NCBI GenBank assembly: GCA_040954595.2 | Contig: CM082579.2 | Span: 15,352,550-15,416,549 of the forward strand | Source: Balanoglossus misakiensis | Lineage: Eukaryota > Animalia > Hemichordata | Length of the DNA stretch: 64,000 nt | Direction: 5' to 3' | Shown: positions 36,243 through 48,201 of the stretch, piece by piece | Numbering within the stretch: position 1 is the stretch's first letter | Layout of the letters: every line of letters begins with the position of its first letter | Notes under the pieces: model-generated | The model's input: only the letters and a program-made list of their open reading frames with translations | Told to the model about the DNA's origin: nothing | Database searches by the model: none | Translations under genes and position numbers: made by a program

Positions 36243-37136
36243 ATGGCATCCCCGGCTCCCGGTCCCTCATCCCCAACCAGCCAAGGCGTGGCACTGAAAT
36301 TGCGCCTCATGGAGGATGTCGAGATCCGGAATTCCGCCAACGGGAAACTGTTTAGCGTGCCTTGTATGCAGCAGGATGGCAACGTTCTGGAACTTAAATT
36401 CTGGAAAGAAAATCCGAAGTGGCTGAACAGATTACAGAAGGGAGAATACGTACAGCTCCGCAACTTTTCCACTGGAAGAGATAATACCATTTGCCTCTAT
36501 GATAGAGCAAAGGTACGTTATAATCGCACCCCGTAACTTATGGGCCTGACTTTTTTTTTGCCGTAGTCATTTTGGGTATCTTAACCTCCCATCTTCTACA
36601 TTTTTAGAAATTTACTCTACAAAATTGAATGACCCATTACATTTTAGAGACCTTTCCCGAATTCAACCGAAGCCCAATGGGAAGGTCTTCGGATGTAATC
36701 CAATATGGCAGCCTCCATGCGATCACGTACATTGAAAATCCATTTATATGATACAACCATGCCTTGTCAACTCACCTCGGGTCAAAATTACTGCCATCGA
36801 TTCATCATTTTGCAGTTCAAATTTTAAAAAGCAACTGACAAAAAACAACCACTCTTGCACTATTTCTCCACAACATTTACTACTCGTAATTATTAACATT
36901 CAATGTTTTCCATTTTATTTCCACTACAGTATGAATCAGTGACACATACATCGAATTCTACAAAGAGACGTAAACTGACCATAACTGATGGCACAAGAGA
37001 TGCTGAAGTCAACCTTTGGGGTGAGAAAACAGCGCTGCCACTGGATGTAGGTGCCACAGTTAAACTAGGCCCATTGGTTATCAACAGATATAAAACATCG
37101 TCCACATTAAATACAACAGCGACAACTGAAGTGGAG
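36243..37136 (+). CDS. Copy C of the tandem OB-fold (RPA/HIN-like) gene: open exons 36243-36512 and 36930-37136; linker exon deleted, 3' exons missing
   Basis: Both exons are open with canonical phase-0 GT-AG junctions: LELKFWKENPKWLNRLQKGEYVQLRNF (OB1) and KRRKLTITDGTRDAEVNLWGEKT...VGATVKL...LNTTATTEVE (typical OB beta-strand pattern). Upstream exon ~35850-35957 and ATTGG box at 35811. Confidence 0.7.
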
Positions 37137-37159
37137 GTGAGACATAAAATACTGTTCCT

Positions 37160-38578
37160 GATGCTCCGTGAGAACTGTCAAGTAGCCACGGTTCTAGGCG
37201 ACATAGGATGGATGTCCACGGTACGGGAGGAGGCCATGCATGTATACGGGAAGGAAAAGACCGAAGCCAACCTGCCCGTACCATCCGACGCAGCCATAAA
37301 AACCTGCACACTACCTCGGGAGTTCAATCCAGGCCGCGTACGTGGGGGATTCGTTGGCCATATCTCCCCGCAAGAGCCCACAAGAACCACCACCGCAGCT
37401 GACGACCTGGAGGAAACTTTGAGCATCTTCCGGGATCCGCAGCTGGAAAAACAGGTACTCGGTGGCGACAAGGACCAGGCGATGGAGGTGTCGGAAGGGC
37501 CAGACCCACCCCGCACCCGTGTATCACCCCCAATAGCAGTAGCGAGAGACGGGCGAAACCAACGGCTGCTGCAGGAGCCATCACCCCCACGCCAAGAAAT
37601 GCTGCCGCTGCAGTCACTGATCAACCCATTGGAGCTGGAGGCGACGTTGGAGGCGGGGGAATATCTAATCCCCTGGGAACTTCGACGCCACCCCGGCAGC
37701 CCTACTAGGTCCAGATCCCCAACCCGGTCGCCGCGACCGGAGCGTTCTCGAGAGGAAAGGCGGGACCGCCCACCTTCCCGTTAACGACCATCCTTTTCAC
37801 GCTGGGGAGATCTCAGCCCCAGACGTCGATCACCGATCCGGTTTCCGACGCCGGAACCGCCCAAAGAAGACGAACGCCGCTGGAGGAGCGCCAGGCCGGC
37901 CCGAAGGAGCCCCCTATCCTCTGTTCCACATTACTCATCAGGCCCTTCTCCATGTCCGTTCCCGGGAGGCCGGAGGTCCACGCGCAAACTGAAGAAACAC
38001 GCCTTTCAGTGCCACCTTCCAGTTATTTTTACTGAGAAGCCGGTAGTATTCCGCGAGCGGGACGCGGTGGAGGCGTTAGAGAAACTCACCTATACTGGCT
38101 GTGTGGTCCAGGAAATGAAATACCCGACCTGCTAGACTTCTATATCCGCAGGGGCGGACCTGGACGGATCCCTACGGAATCCTTTTGTTCACCGGAGTCC
38201 ATGGTGATGATGAAGCGCCTGTGCGTCTTCCGGGGGTGGGAGGTGCCGAACAGGTTCCGACTGAGCTCCCCCACCACACCAGCGATTCTCATCCACTGGC
38301 GTGTCCTTAGCATACTGCTGAGGTGGGTATCCCAATCACGACAGGAAGAATTCCGGGAAATCCGACCTCACCGGAAAACATCATCAATCCGGACACAGCA
38401 ACCAGAGAGGACGGGGGCGGAAGCAGTCGCACAGAATCCATCGACGCAGGGGGAGCGAGGACGCGCCAGGGGTTTTTGATGCATTTTTTATCCCCCAAGC
38501 GTGCGCGGAGGAGTGCCGAGTGGAAGACGCGCCCACCACCATAGATGACCTCACTGACTACGATGTTGGTGTCCCCCC
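37160..38578 (+). mobile_element. GC-rich degenerate coding fragment, probably an accessory ORF of another retroelement
   Basis: Sharp GC increase; Pro/Arg/Ser-rich frame, then CPFPG...KLKKHAFQCHLP and LCVFRGWEVP...PTTPAILIHWRVL, broken by stops and frameshifts. Confidence 0.45.
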
Positions 38579-38782
38579 TGTTATGTTTCCATCAACATGG
38601 GAATAATAATGCGATCATAAGGTATAACAACAACCTATTTATTGATCGGCTGAAAAGACTCAACAATGTGCTTCGCCTTATCTGGGCGGAAGTGACATCG
38701 TACAGCAATTCATAAACAAGTGGAACACCAACAATGCAAAACTAGAGGGCGCTATATTGATCGTAGCTGTCAGAATACTACA
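38579..38782 (-). repeat. 3' LTR
   Basis: TGTTATGTTTCC...AATACTACA on + strand; PPT adjacent. Confidence 0.97.
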
Positions 38783-39001
38783 TCCCCTCTTCTTTAAGAT
38801 AAATTGTTTCAAAACTCTTTTTGAATACGAATGTCACTGTGAATTGTCCTGTGCAAACTCTGCATTCATCTTGAATCAGTCTTTGTCAAAATCAAACGCA
38901 ACGAACATGAAAAATACTCTGGGAAAAATGTGATAAATTTTCCTCTGTATAACTCAACTTTCTGTGGAACAAATGACATATCTCAATATCAGAAAAAGCT
39001 A

Positions 39002-42000
39002 TCAATCAGTCACATAATCTTTGTATCGAGACGGCTTTTGTATATTTGTTCTGGTTCGTGTTGATCTCAACGATTCTTGGGCTGGTGACGCTGGCATTGC
39101 GGGTTGTTGAGGCGGTGTTCCGTCTGTGACTGCTGGTGCAATATTGTGTTGATCCATCCCTGTCTGTGCTGGTTTCAGTTCTGCGCTGACTGGTTTCATG
39201 TGGATCCTGTTGCGTCGCATTTGTTTCCCGTTGTCTAACTTCACGGTGTAGGACCTAGGTGTGTTTGCTGGGGCTACAACTCTCGCTGGACTCCATGTTT
39301 TGCTGATTGGGCTTTGTACATGGACTTGTTGACCTGTCAGCAATTATGGTAGTTGTCTGGAGTGCTGGTCGTGGCTGGAAGTCTGGGCCTGCTGTTGAGA
39401 TGTCAGGTATTGACGAACTTCCTCCCCGTTTCTTGCTGGGTGAATTTTGGCTGGGAGAGTTGTCTTGTATGCTCTGCTGTTCAGCAACTCAGCTGGTGAC
39501 GGTATGTTGGACTTCAATGGAGTCGCGCGAAGTGCCAACAATGCTAGATTCGGATCATCTCCGGACTCTTTGCACTTCATCAGGATGTTCTTCACGGTCT
39601 GTACATGTCGCTCGATAAAACCGTGCCCTTTGGGATAGTATGGTGATGATGTGACTATCGCAAAACCATACTTCTCAGTTAGGCTGTGGAAGTCTCTAGC
39701 TGTAAACTGAGATCCGTTGTCACAAACTAGTTTCTCGGGTATTCCTTGCTCTGCAAATAGAATTCGGAGGGCTCTCATAATGGTACTGGCTCTGAGGTCT
39801 TCAAGTTTCCTAATGAAGGGGAACTTGGAGTAGTAGTCAGCAACTATCATGTACCATGTTTGGTTCACGTAGAATAGGTCTGCTCCAATTGTGTGCCACG
39901 GTCGTGGTGGAATTTCCATTGGAATCATCGGTTCCTTCTGCTGGGAATTCTGGAATTTCTGGCACGCGTTGCATCCTGTTACTAGTCTCTCTATATCTTT
40001 ACAAATTCCAGGCCAGTACACGCTGGATCTGGCTCTCAGCTTGCATTTCTCGATCCCCAGGTGACTGCTATGAATGCGTTGTAGCATTTCATCTCTCATT
40101 ACTGCTGGTATGAGGAGTCGGCTGCCTATCAGGATAATACCATCTTCGATAGCGATATCGTCTCGAATAGACCAGTAGGGTCGAATATCAGCGTGAATGT
40201 CCTTGATGCTATCTGGCCATCCTTTCAGGACTTGCTCGATCAATAATTGAAGAATTTCATCTTTGGTAGTTTCTTCTTTGATCTCCATCTGTCTCATTGG
40301 TGTGATCTTCACCAGGTGGTGTATCTAGACTTTCATGTCACTGATTTCGTTCTGATCTTGTGGTGACAGTCTACATAGTGCGTCGGCAAGTATCATCTGT
40401 TTGCCTGGCTTGTAGTGTATGGTGAAATCATACGGCTGTATGCGCAACAGCATTCTCTGTAATCGGGGTGGTGCCTTGGTCAAATTCTTCCTCTGAATTT
40501 GCTCCAACGGTCGATGATCACTCTCTACTATGAAACTTCTGCCGTAGAGATATGTGCGAAACTTCTCACATCCGTAGACTACCGCGAGTAGTTCTCTTTC
40601 TATATTGGCGTATCGGGTTTCCGCTGGTGTCAGGGCCTTGGACGCAAATGCTATAGGTCTCTGTTCCTGTATGAGCACCGCTCCGATTCCCTTTCCCGAT
40701 GCGTCGACTTGTAGAGTGACAGGCTTCTTACGGTCGTAGTAAGCAAGTGTAGTCTTTGTGCTGATCAGGTCCTTGATCATATTGAAAGACTTTGTGTGTG
40801 TCGGAGACCACTCAAACTCAGTGTCGTCTCTGATGAGCTCTCTCAGTGGTGCTGTGTGTTCAGCTAATCTGGGTATGAATGAACCCATGTAGTTCACCAT
40901 TCCGAGGAATGTGCGCAGTTCGTTCTTGTCTCTAGGCGGATGCATCATCTCTATCGCCTTGACCTTTTCTGGGTTGGGTTTAACTCCGTCTTCTGTGTAT
41001 AACATGCCAAAGAAACTACATTCTTTTGTCTTGATGTAGCATTTCTCTTTGTTTAGTTTAATGCCTGCTTTCCTGGTTCGTTCCATGGCTTCGTGTAGAT
41101 GCAGGTCATGGTGTCGCTCTCCTGATCCGAAGACTTGTATATCGTCTGCAATGCCGACTGCACCTTCACACTCTCTGTATGTTTCATCAATTTTGAATTG
41201 AAACACATCTTGGCTCATCCTTAGCCCAAATGGCATTCGTAGGAATCTGTAACGGCCATATGGTGTGTTAAAGGTCGTCAGGAAGGATGATTCTTCATCG
41301 ATCTTTACATTCCAGTATCCGTTCCGCGCGTCTAGCTTGCTGAAAAGTGTTGCGCCTGCCAACTTTGGGGTAATCTCCTCCAATGTGGGTGTAGGGTAAT
41401 GATCCCTTTTAATGGCTTTGTTCAAGTCCTTCGGGTCCAGACAAATGCGAAGTCTTCCATTGTCTTTCTCCCGGACAACAAGAGAATTGACCCAGTTCGT
41501 AGGCTGGTTCACTTTGGCGATGATTTGCTTATCTTCCATCTCCTGCAGCTCGGTTTTGAGTCTATCCATTAGTTCTAATGGAACTCTGCGGGCAGGGTGT
41601 ACTACTGGTTGTACTTCTGGATCAAGAGTGATGTGGTATGTGTAGTTTTCAAAACATCCGACCACGTCGTCAAAGCAATCAGGGTACATCCTCAGCAACT
41701 GTTCTTTGTTCTTTATGGGAGGGCGGTCCCTGATGGGTGTATTACTGTCTATGTAGTCATCTGCAGGGTTTCTGTTTCTTCCTGCTGGCTTCTGTTCGTT
41801 CATCTTTCTCTTTTCCACTTCCACATTTCTTCCAGGCTGTGCTGTCTTGCACTCTGGGCTCGCCTGCACTTGTATGGCTTCTACTGAACAGTTTATTTGT
41901 ATCAGGTTTAAGGCTCTGCTTGCCTTTAACCCTAAAATGGCTGGGCCTGCGGCGTCAGTTACATAGAAGAGGCATCTGATTTTCCTCTCTCTATGTTCAC

Positions 42001-43153
42001 ATGGAATGACGATGGTGCCAAGCTGTTTGATTTTGGAACCTCCATATGCGGTAAGGATTGTTTTATTTTCCTTCAAGTGCCCGCGTTTTGGATTTCCGTG
42101 TTTATCCAGTTTCTCTGGAAATATGATCTTGAAAAGGCAGAGGGGCAGTATATTGCTCTGTGCACCGGTATCAAACTTGCATCTCAGTGCTACTTTCCTT
42201 TTCTTTTCGCTCTGTGTGATTGTCAGTTTCGTGTATATTTCTTCTTGTCTGTTGATGTTGTCCAATGCATTTATTTCGATAGTTCCAACATCTAGGACTT
42301 CATCATCTATTTGATGCATGTTGCTGCTCGAGCGTGTCACATTATGGATTGGTTTTCCACCTCGTCTCTGCTGTGACTTCGGTTCGCTTGAGCTGGTTTT
42401 GGAACGGCATACCGCCTGCCAGTGATTAGGTTTCCCACAATTTCGGCATTTCGAGCCATATGCTGGGCAGTTACTTTTCACTGAGGTGTCATGCTTTTTT
42501 CCGCAATGCTTACATTGTTTGGGGTGTGTCTTGTTGGGCTGCCTTTTTACTGCGTTGACAGCTTTGCTATCCACAGGATTAGCAATATGGCAATTTGTGA
42601 GCGTTTTCATGTGTTTTGTTGTGGCTTCGTGACCTCTAGCTATATCGAGCGCCTCCTTCAAGGTCAGTTTCTCATCACGCCCAATAAGTTTCTTCTGTAT
42701 TTCTTGGTGACAGATCCCCCATATCAACTGATCTACGAGTCTTGCTTCCTGTTCTTTTGTATCCCCAAATTTGCATTTGGCGGCTTCATTTTTCAATTTC
42801 GAAAAGAAATCATCAACTGGTTCTCCAGGGTCTTGTCTCATATCTTGGAATTGGTATCTATGTATGCGATGATTCGACTTCGGCTCTAAGTGTTCGGAAA
42901 ATTTGTCGAATAGTACTGTGGGGTCTTTCCGCTGGTCTTCATTTTCAAACGACCAACTGTTGTATTTGTCAAGACCTGGTTCACCGGACCATAGAAGTAT
43001 GTAGCTAGCTTTCTCTTCATCGTTAGCATCTTTAAGTGCTGTCTTAAATGTTAACTCACATTTTTGACGAAAACGACTGAAGGCTATTGCTAGATCTGGC
43101 GCGTCCCATTCCATCTTTGGGGCTGTGAAGGGCGTTTGTAGTGCGGCCGCCAT
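39002..43153 (-). CDS. Gag-Pol single frame with two in-frame stops (40325-40327 TAG, 39344-39346 TAA)
   Basis: Gag double knuckle CKHCGKKH...CPAYGSKCRNCGKPNHWQAVC; protease FDTGA; RT IADD; RNase H VDAS/ERELLA/SDHRPL; integrase HSSH...CNAC, CDNG, E. The three ORF-track segments share one frame. Confidence 0.95.
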
Positions 43154-43263
43154 CTTGTCAGGTCAGTTCGATGGTCTTTTCTTCTGTAGTTTTGGTGTCT
43201 TGTGTAGTCGATAGTGTGTAAAGTCTGCTTACATCTGATCACTCACGTTCACCGCTGCCACCA

Positions 43264-43467
43264 TGTTATGTTTCCATCAACATGGGAATAATAATGCGAT
43301 CATAAGGTATAACAACAACCTATTTATTGATCGGCTGAAAAGACTCAACAATGTGCTTCGCCTTATCTGGGCGGAAGTGACGTCGTACAGCAATTCATAA
43401 ACAAGTGGAACACCAACAATGCAACACTAGAGGGCGCTATATTGATCGTAGCTGTCAGAATACTACA
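43264..43467 (-). repeat. 5' LTR
   Basis: Direct repeat of 38579-38782; PBS adjacent. Confidence 0.97.
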
Positions 43468-43869
43468 CCCCCCCCCCCGCATGTTTAAAGGTTTCTATAG
43501 AAAAGCATTGTTGAGGTTCACAAAACTTTGAAGAAGCTTTGCATGTTAAGGTTTCACAAACGTAGTTACAGCTGAGGTTCAACTAAGACTAGTATATGAG
43601 GCTTCAGCACGCCAAGTCTTGTAGCAAGCTTCAACACAAAGCTTTTTGCAACATTGTTCAAAGCGTTGTCAAAGGTACTGCACAACCCTGGTGAAGTAGT
43701 GCTATATTTTCAATTAAATGGCTTAAGCCATTTGTCTCTCCAACCAGAATTGCACCAGAGTTAAATACACACAGCTTGAAATTGTAAAATGTTGCAAAAT
43801 CAAACGATCACATCCTTACACCTATTATTAGAACCAGAAGTTGAGTCAAAATTTTCCTACCTAGAAATT

Positions 43870-45890
43870 TTCTTTCCTATGAAGTTTTTTGCTTATTGGC
43901 ATTCATATGGGAGCCTAGACCTATTCCAGCTGAGTTGCCAAAATGGCAATGTTGGACAATTCTTCTAATATGCATGATCAAAAATGGCCGCCAAATACCT
44001 TCTCTAAAATAAAACTTGGCCCTTTTTTCTCAAATTATGTGTAATATCTAAAATTTCAGGATTTGCATCCATATTGGTTATGTATTGCAAATATGGCAGT
44101 GTTTGGCAACTTTTCTATTTTGCATAATCAAAAATGGCCGCCAATCACCACTAAAAGTGAAATTTTGCCATGTTTCCCAAAATGATGCGCAATATCGCGT
44201 ATTTTCAGGATTAGCACATTCATATGGGTACCTTTAACAATACAACTGTGTTGCAAATTTGGCAGTGTTACCGTACTAATCATGAAGCAAGGAAGTGCAA
44301 CCTCTGTATCCCAAATATATGTCTATCCCCACTGATAGGAGTCACAAAGAGCCAGCCCCTCTGCATCATCCTGTTCCTCAATCTCACGATGGGAATCCTT
44401 TTCAGAATTCCTACCTCAAAACATCCAGGGATTCACCATCATTCACCACACCCTCGTCAGTATCCACCATGTTTAGAGCCAATGCCTGAACATGTTGTCT
44501 CTTTATCTATGGATTGCGTTAAAGGCCAGTGGGAGTTTCATCTCCTTTTTTTTTGCAATTTTGACCATTTTTATCTGGTGCATAATGCTAGAGTACATAT
44601 CATCCATACAGGATGATGCATGTACAGTGATGGGAAATGTATCAATCCACTCCTGCACTAGATTTGCATACAGTGCCATACCTTTTAGGGCTATTTTCTT
44701 GACCCTTTTGATAGTCTGCTGGCCAAAAGTGGCTGGCCAAAGTGGCCAGCAGAGACATTCTTCCAATACCCTTCATAGTGCCAACAGACAAGGCTTGGAT
44801 ATACAACCTGTGTTGCTTGTAAGGCACACATCTCCAATTGGTACATTGGGCCAATTATACTGTACATGTACAGCTAGGAAAAAAATATACTTCATCATAG
44901 TTTCCATGGTCAGCAGCTTCAATAACTTGTTGCCTTTTCTTACTGAACATTTAGACTTATAAAGAAGTATAACAAGAATAAAGTTGTCCAATTAGTGTTG
45001 GCAGGGGGGTGGGGGATGTGTTCTCCCATACAAAGGTGTATAGGTATGTAGTCTTTAAGAAAAACTTGGGGTAAATGACCAGAAAATTTGACTTATAATA
45101 CAAATAGGTCGGGTTTTGGGCATTTACACGTGTTGATGTTATCGACTGGGGCGACAGACTACCATCCGAAAAAATTTCAAGTACCCCCCCCCCCCCCCTC
45201 GGGTGCCGGCCAGTGGGATGGAGGTGATAGAAACTGTTGTAGATACAATAGAGGCCTACAACCTGAAAACCTTCTGGCTTTAACCGAGGACTTGCCATTA
45301 AAGATACCTGTAGGCCCCTATATGCTGCTCCCACATACACTCCCAGTCCTAAACCTTGCATCTGATTTGTGGTGCAGATGAAGAATTAAGATTGGCTTGA
45401 CAATTAGCACACTTAATTGCCTGTTATGAGATATAATACATACAATCATGGGACAAGAATGGCAAAAGTTAAATTATCCAGCAGGTGTTTGAATTATGCA
45501 AATTAGATCAGTTGTCTAATATTGCCATGTCAACCATGTTGAAATTGTTTTAGGTACCCATATTAATGGAAACCCTGCAAATTCGATATTACACACCATT
45601 TAAAACAAATATGGGAAATTAACATGTTAGAGAAATTTGGCGGCCATTTTGGATTATGCAAATTAGAACAGTTGTCTAATATTGCCATGTCAACCATGTT
45701 GAAATTGTTTTAGGTACCCAGGAGAGTTGAATGAAAATGCCATTTGCAATGCAGTTGTCTTGTATTGGGTGCCCATATTAAGGCATTCTTGAAAACGAAA
45801 CATTATTCATCATTTTGACGCAAACAGAAAAGGTGTTCAAATGCAAATTAGAAGAGTTGCCCAACCCTGCCATATTTGCAATACAGTTGT
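43870..45890. mobile_element. Diverged element with inverted, internally repeated arms (~43870-44280 and ~45440-45890)
   Basis: TGCATAATCAAAAATGGCCGCCAA units on the left, TTGGCGGCCATTTTGGATTATGCA units on the right. Confidence 0.5.
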
Positions 45891-46248
45891 AGTGACTGTC
45901 AACTCGACTACAGACAGTCTCGATGAACACAAGACATGATCCCAATTTGCAAGCTGAGTTGAAACTGACTGCTGCAGTAACTTAGCTGTGGGAATGTCTT
46001 GTGTGATTTAAAACAATGATGACCAAATTTAACACAGTTTCTCTGAGGTAACCATTTAGCTTTCGTGACTAAGTTTGTTTAAGAATCCTTTATTCTACCC
46101 AAGGAACAAATTTCCTTAGAATTTCACAACTGAGACACAGTTTACAGATATACAAAAAGTGCGTACTACAAACATAAGAAATTGTTTGCATTTTTTTTTC
46201 TGATGGCAATGCATTTGACTGTAAACAGACATTGACGTCCTTTAGTAA

Positions 46249-47074
46249 GGGACTGTTCAGTTTTGGTGGAGGGGGGGGGGGGGCAAAAGTTTGTGTCATT
46301 GGTTTTCAAAATCAGGCCGACACCCCCTTCAACCAGGACCAAAAAAATGATGACCCCCCCCCCTTTGACAGGACCAAAATATGATGACCCTCCTCCCACC
46401 CCGAAAACATTTGCCATCCGTATCTTATGTACACTGACTGTATGCAATAAAGGTAAAGGGTCTCCTCACACCTCAATTCTAAATTTCTTAAAGAAATGTA
46501 TAATTTGAAGTGTATAATAGTATAGCGTTGCAATAAAGAAGGTCTATGGATAAATTAAAAGGACACGTCAATACAATAGTTGGTAGAATTGGTAAAACAA
46601 GAAAAGTGGAAGGGGTGGGTGTACGTAGGACAATTTTGTAAAATACAATTAATGCATTTTAATGAACTCAAAGGCAAATTAACTTAATGTTGGGGAGGAC
46701 AAATTTGACTTTTGCCACTCAAAGTTAACATCAGTGGGGGTGGGATGCCAAGTATTCTGCCCTGGTACACTATATGTGGCGAAGAAATAAGGGGATGGGT
46801 GTGGGAGGGGATGTCCCCCTTCCACATAAGAAAACTTTGTAAAATATGTAGCTCAAAGTTGCATTTTAATGAAGTCAAAAGCAAATTATCTCAATGTTTG
46901 AAAGGACCAATTTTACTGTTACCACTACACTCAAAGTTAGCATCGGTGGGTACATGTATATGACCTCCCCCCTAAACGTTTGAAAAAAAGATGACTCCCT
47001 CTTTTGGATTTCAAAATTTAAGTGACCCCCTGGATTTTGCCAGCCTCCCCCCACCGTAAAAACTGAATGGTCCC
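46249..47074. mobile_element. PIF/Harbinger-like MITE
   Basis: TAA|GGGACTGTTCAGTTTT ... AAAACTGAATGGTCCC|TAA; absent from the inverted paralogous repeat at ~54770-54790. Confidence 0.8.
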
Positions 47075-48201
47075 TAAGCGCTATTTTGTCAGTGAAATGG
47101 CTCCATTATTATCCCTCCAACTATAGTTGAAACGGAGTTAAATATGTACAGCTTGAAATCATAAAATGTTGCAAAATTGAACCAAGAGTTTGGTCAATGA
47201 TCAAGTTCTTACAGCTATTACTAGAACCATACAGTCTCAGCGAACAAGAGACATTGGTCCGATTTGCAAGCCGAGTTGGAACTGACTTTGCCTGCACACA
47301 GATGTGCCAATTTCAGCGAATCTTATCGTATTTAAAAATGAATATGGAGAATTGTTATCTGTGTTCCTATTGCTAGCCTACATACATGTAGCTGTTGTCA
47401 TTCTAGTGTTTTTTTTTCTGTATACCAAAATTGCCACACTGTTTGGGATACTTTTATCAAATGTTATGTGATACTATATCAGCCTGTTTTGGGGATCTTG
47501 ACAATGACATATATTAGACTTTTCATACACAGCATGAGGTAGAATTTCAGAAACGATTAGGTAATAAGACTGCATATCTCATAGGAAATAATCACTTTAG
47601 AAGTATTACGATAAAAAAAATCATTTCACTCTTATTGGGAGCATACATTTGTAAAACATACATACAGACATGAATACAGACATAGAGAGATCAAGGTGTA
47701 TACGATTTTCAGTGGGGGAGGGGGTCCTCCTTAATTGCAAACAACTATGTAATGGTAATTTCCCTTTTATAATAACAATTTTTGAGGTATAAGGAAAAAA
47801 TATCAAACAAAATAAACAAAAAAACTAATTCAGCTATGATTTGATTCAATTATCATTCTAAAGAAGCACATATCATTAACTCACAACTAAACTTTTACAG
47901 TGATCAACCATGCACTTTCTGAGAATTTTTTTTATGCCCAAATACAATTTTTTCATTTTCAGAACATTTATGATATATCACAGTAAAAAAATCCCCTGGA
48001 AACTGCAAAACAAAAAATTGCAAAGCAATCAAACAAACAAAAATGGCAAAAATTGTCCACAAAAACTATATTGACACTTCCATCATAGGATTTGTTAAAA
48101 TGTCGTGATAACACACCTAGGAACCTGCAAACCAAATTTCAAAGAACTGTGAGTAGAGGTTTTTGAGTATTTGACCAAAATCACCCCAAAAATATACTTC
48201 A

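Larger units (their letters stand above)
38579..43467 (-). mobile_element. Full-length Ty3/Gypsy LTR retrotransposon, Mag-like clade
   Basis: 204-bp TG..CA LTRs (38579-38782, 43264-43467) differing at 2 positions; PBS TGGTGGCAGCGGT (matches tRNA-Leu 3' end) next to the 5' LTR; PPT AAAGAAGAGGGGA; inserted in a C run (CCCCC on both sides). Confidence 0.97.

Noticed and set aside
36903-37784. 293-aa ORF as one real protein
   Set aside because: It starts in an intron, includes the OB2 exon, crosses a good donor at 37137 and enters compositionally different DNA; it is a chimera.
39307-43008. + strand ORFs inside the Gypsy element
   Set aside because: Antisense shadows of gag-pol.
44224-45381. 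Several 60-156-aa ORFs between the inverted arms
   Set aside because: No recognisable domain and overlapping frames on both strands; at most decayed coding sequence.
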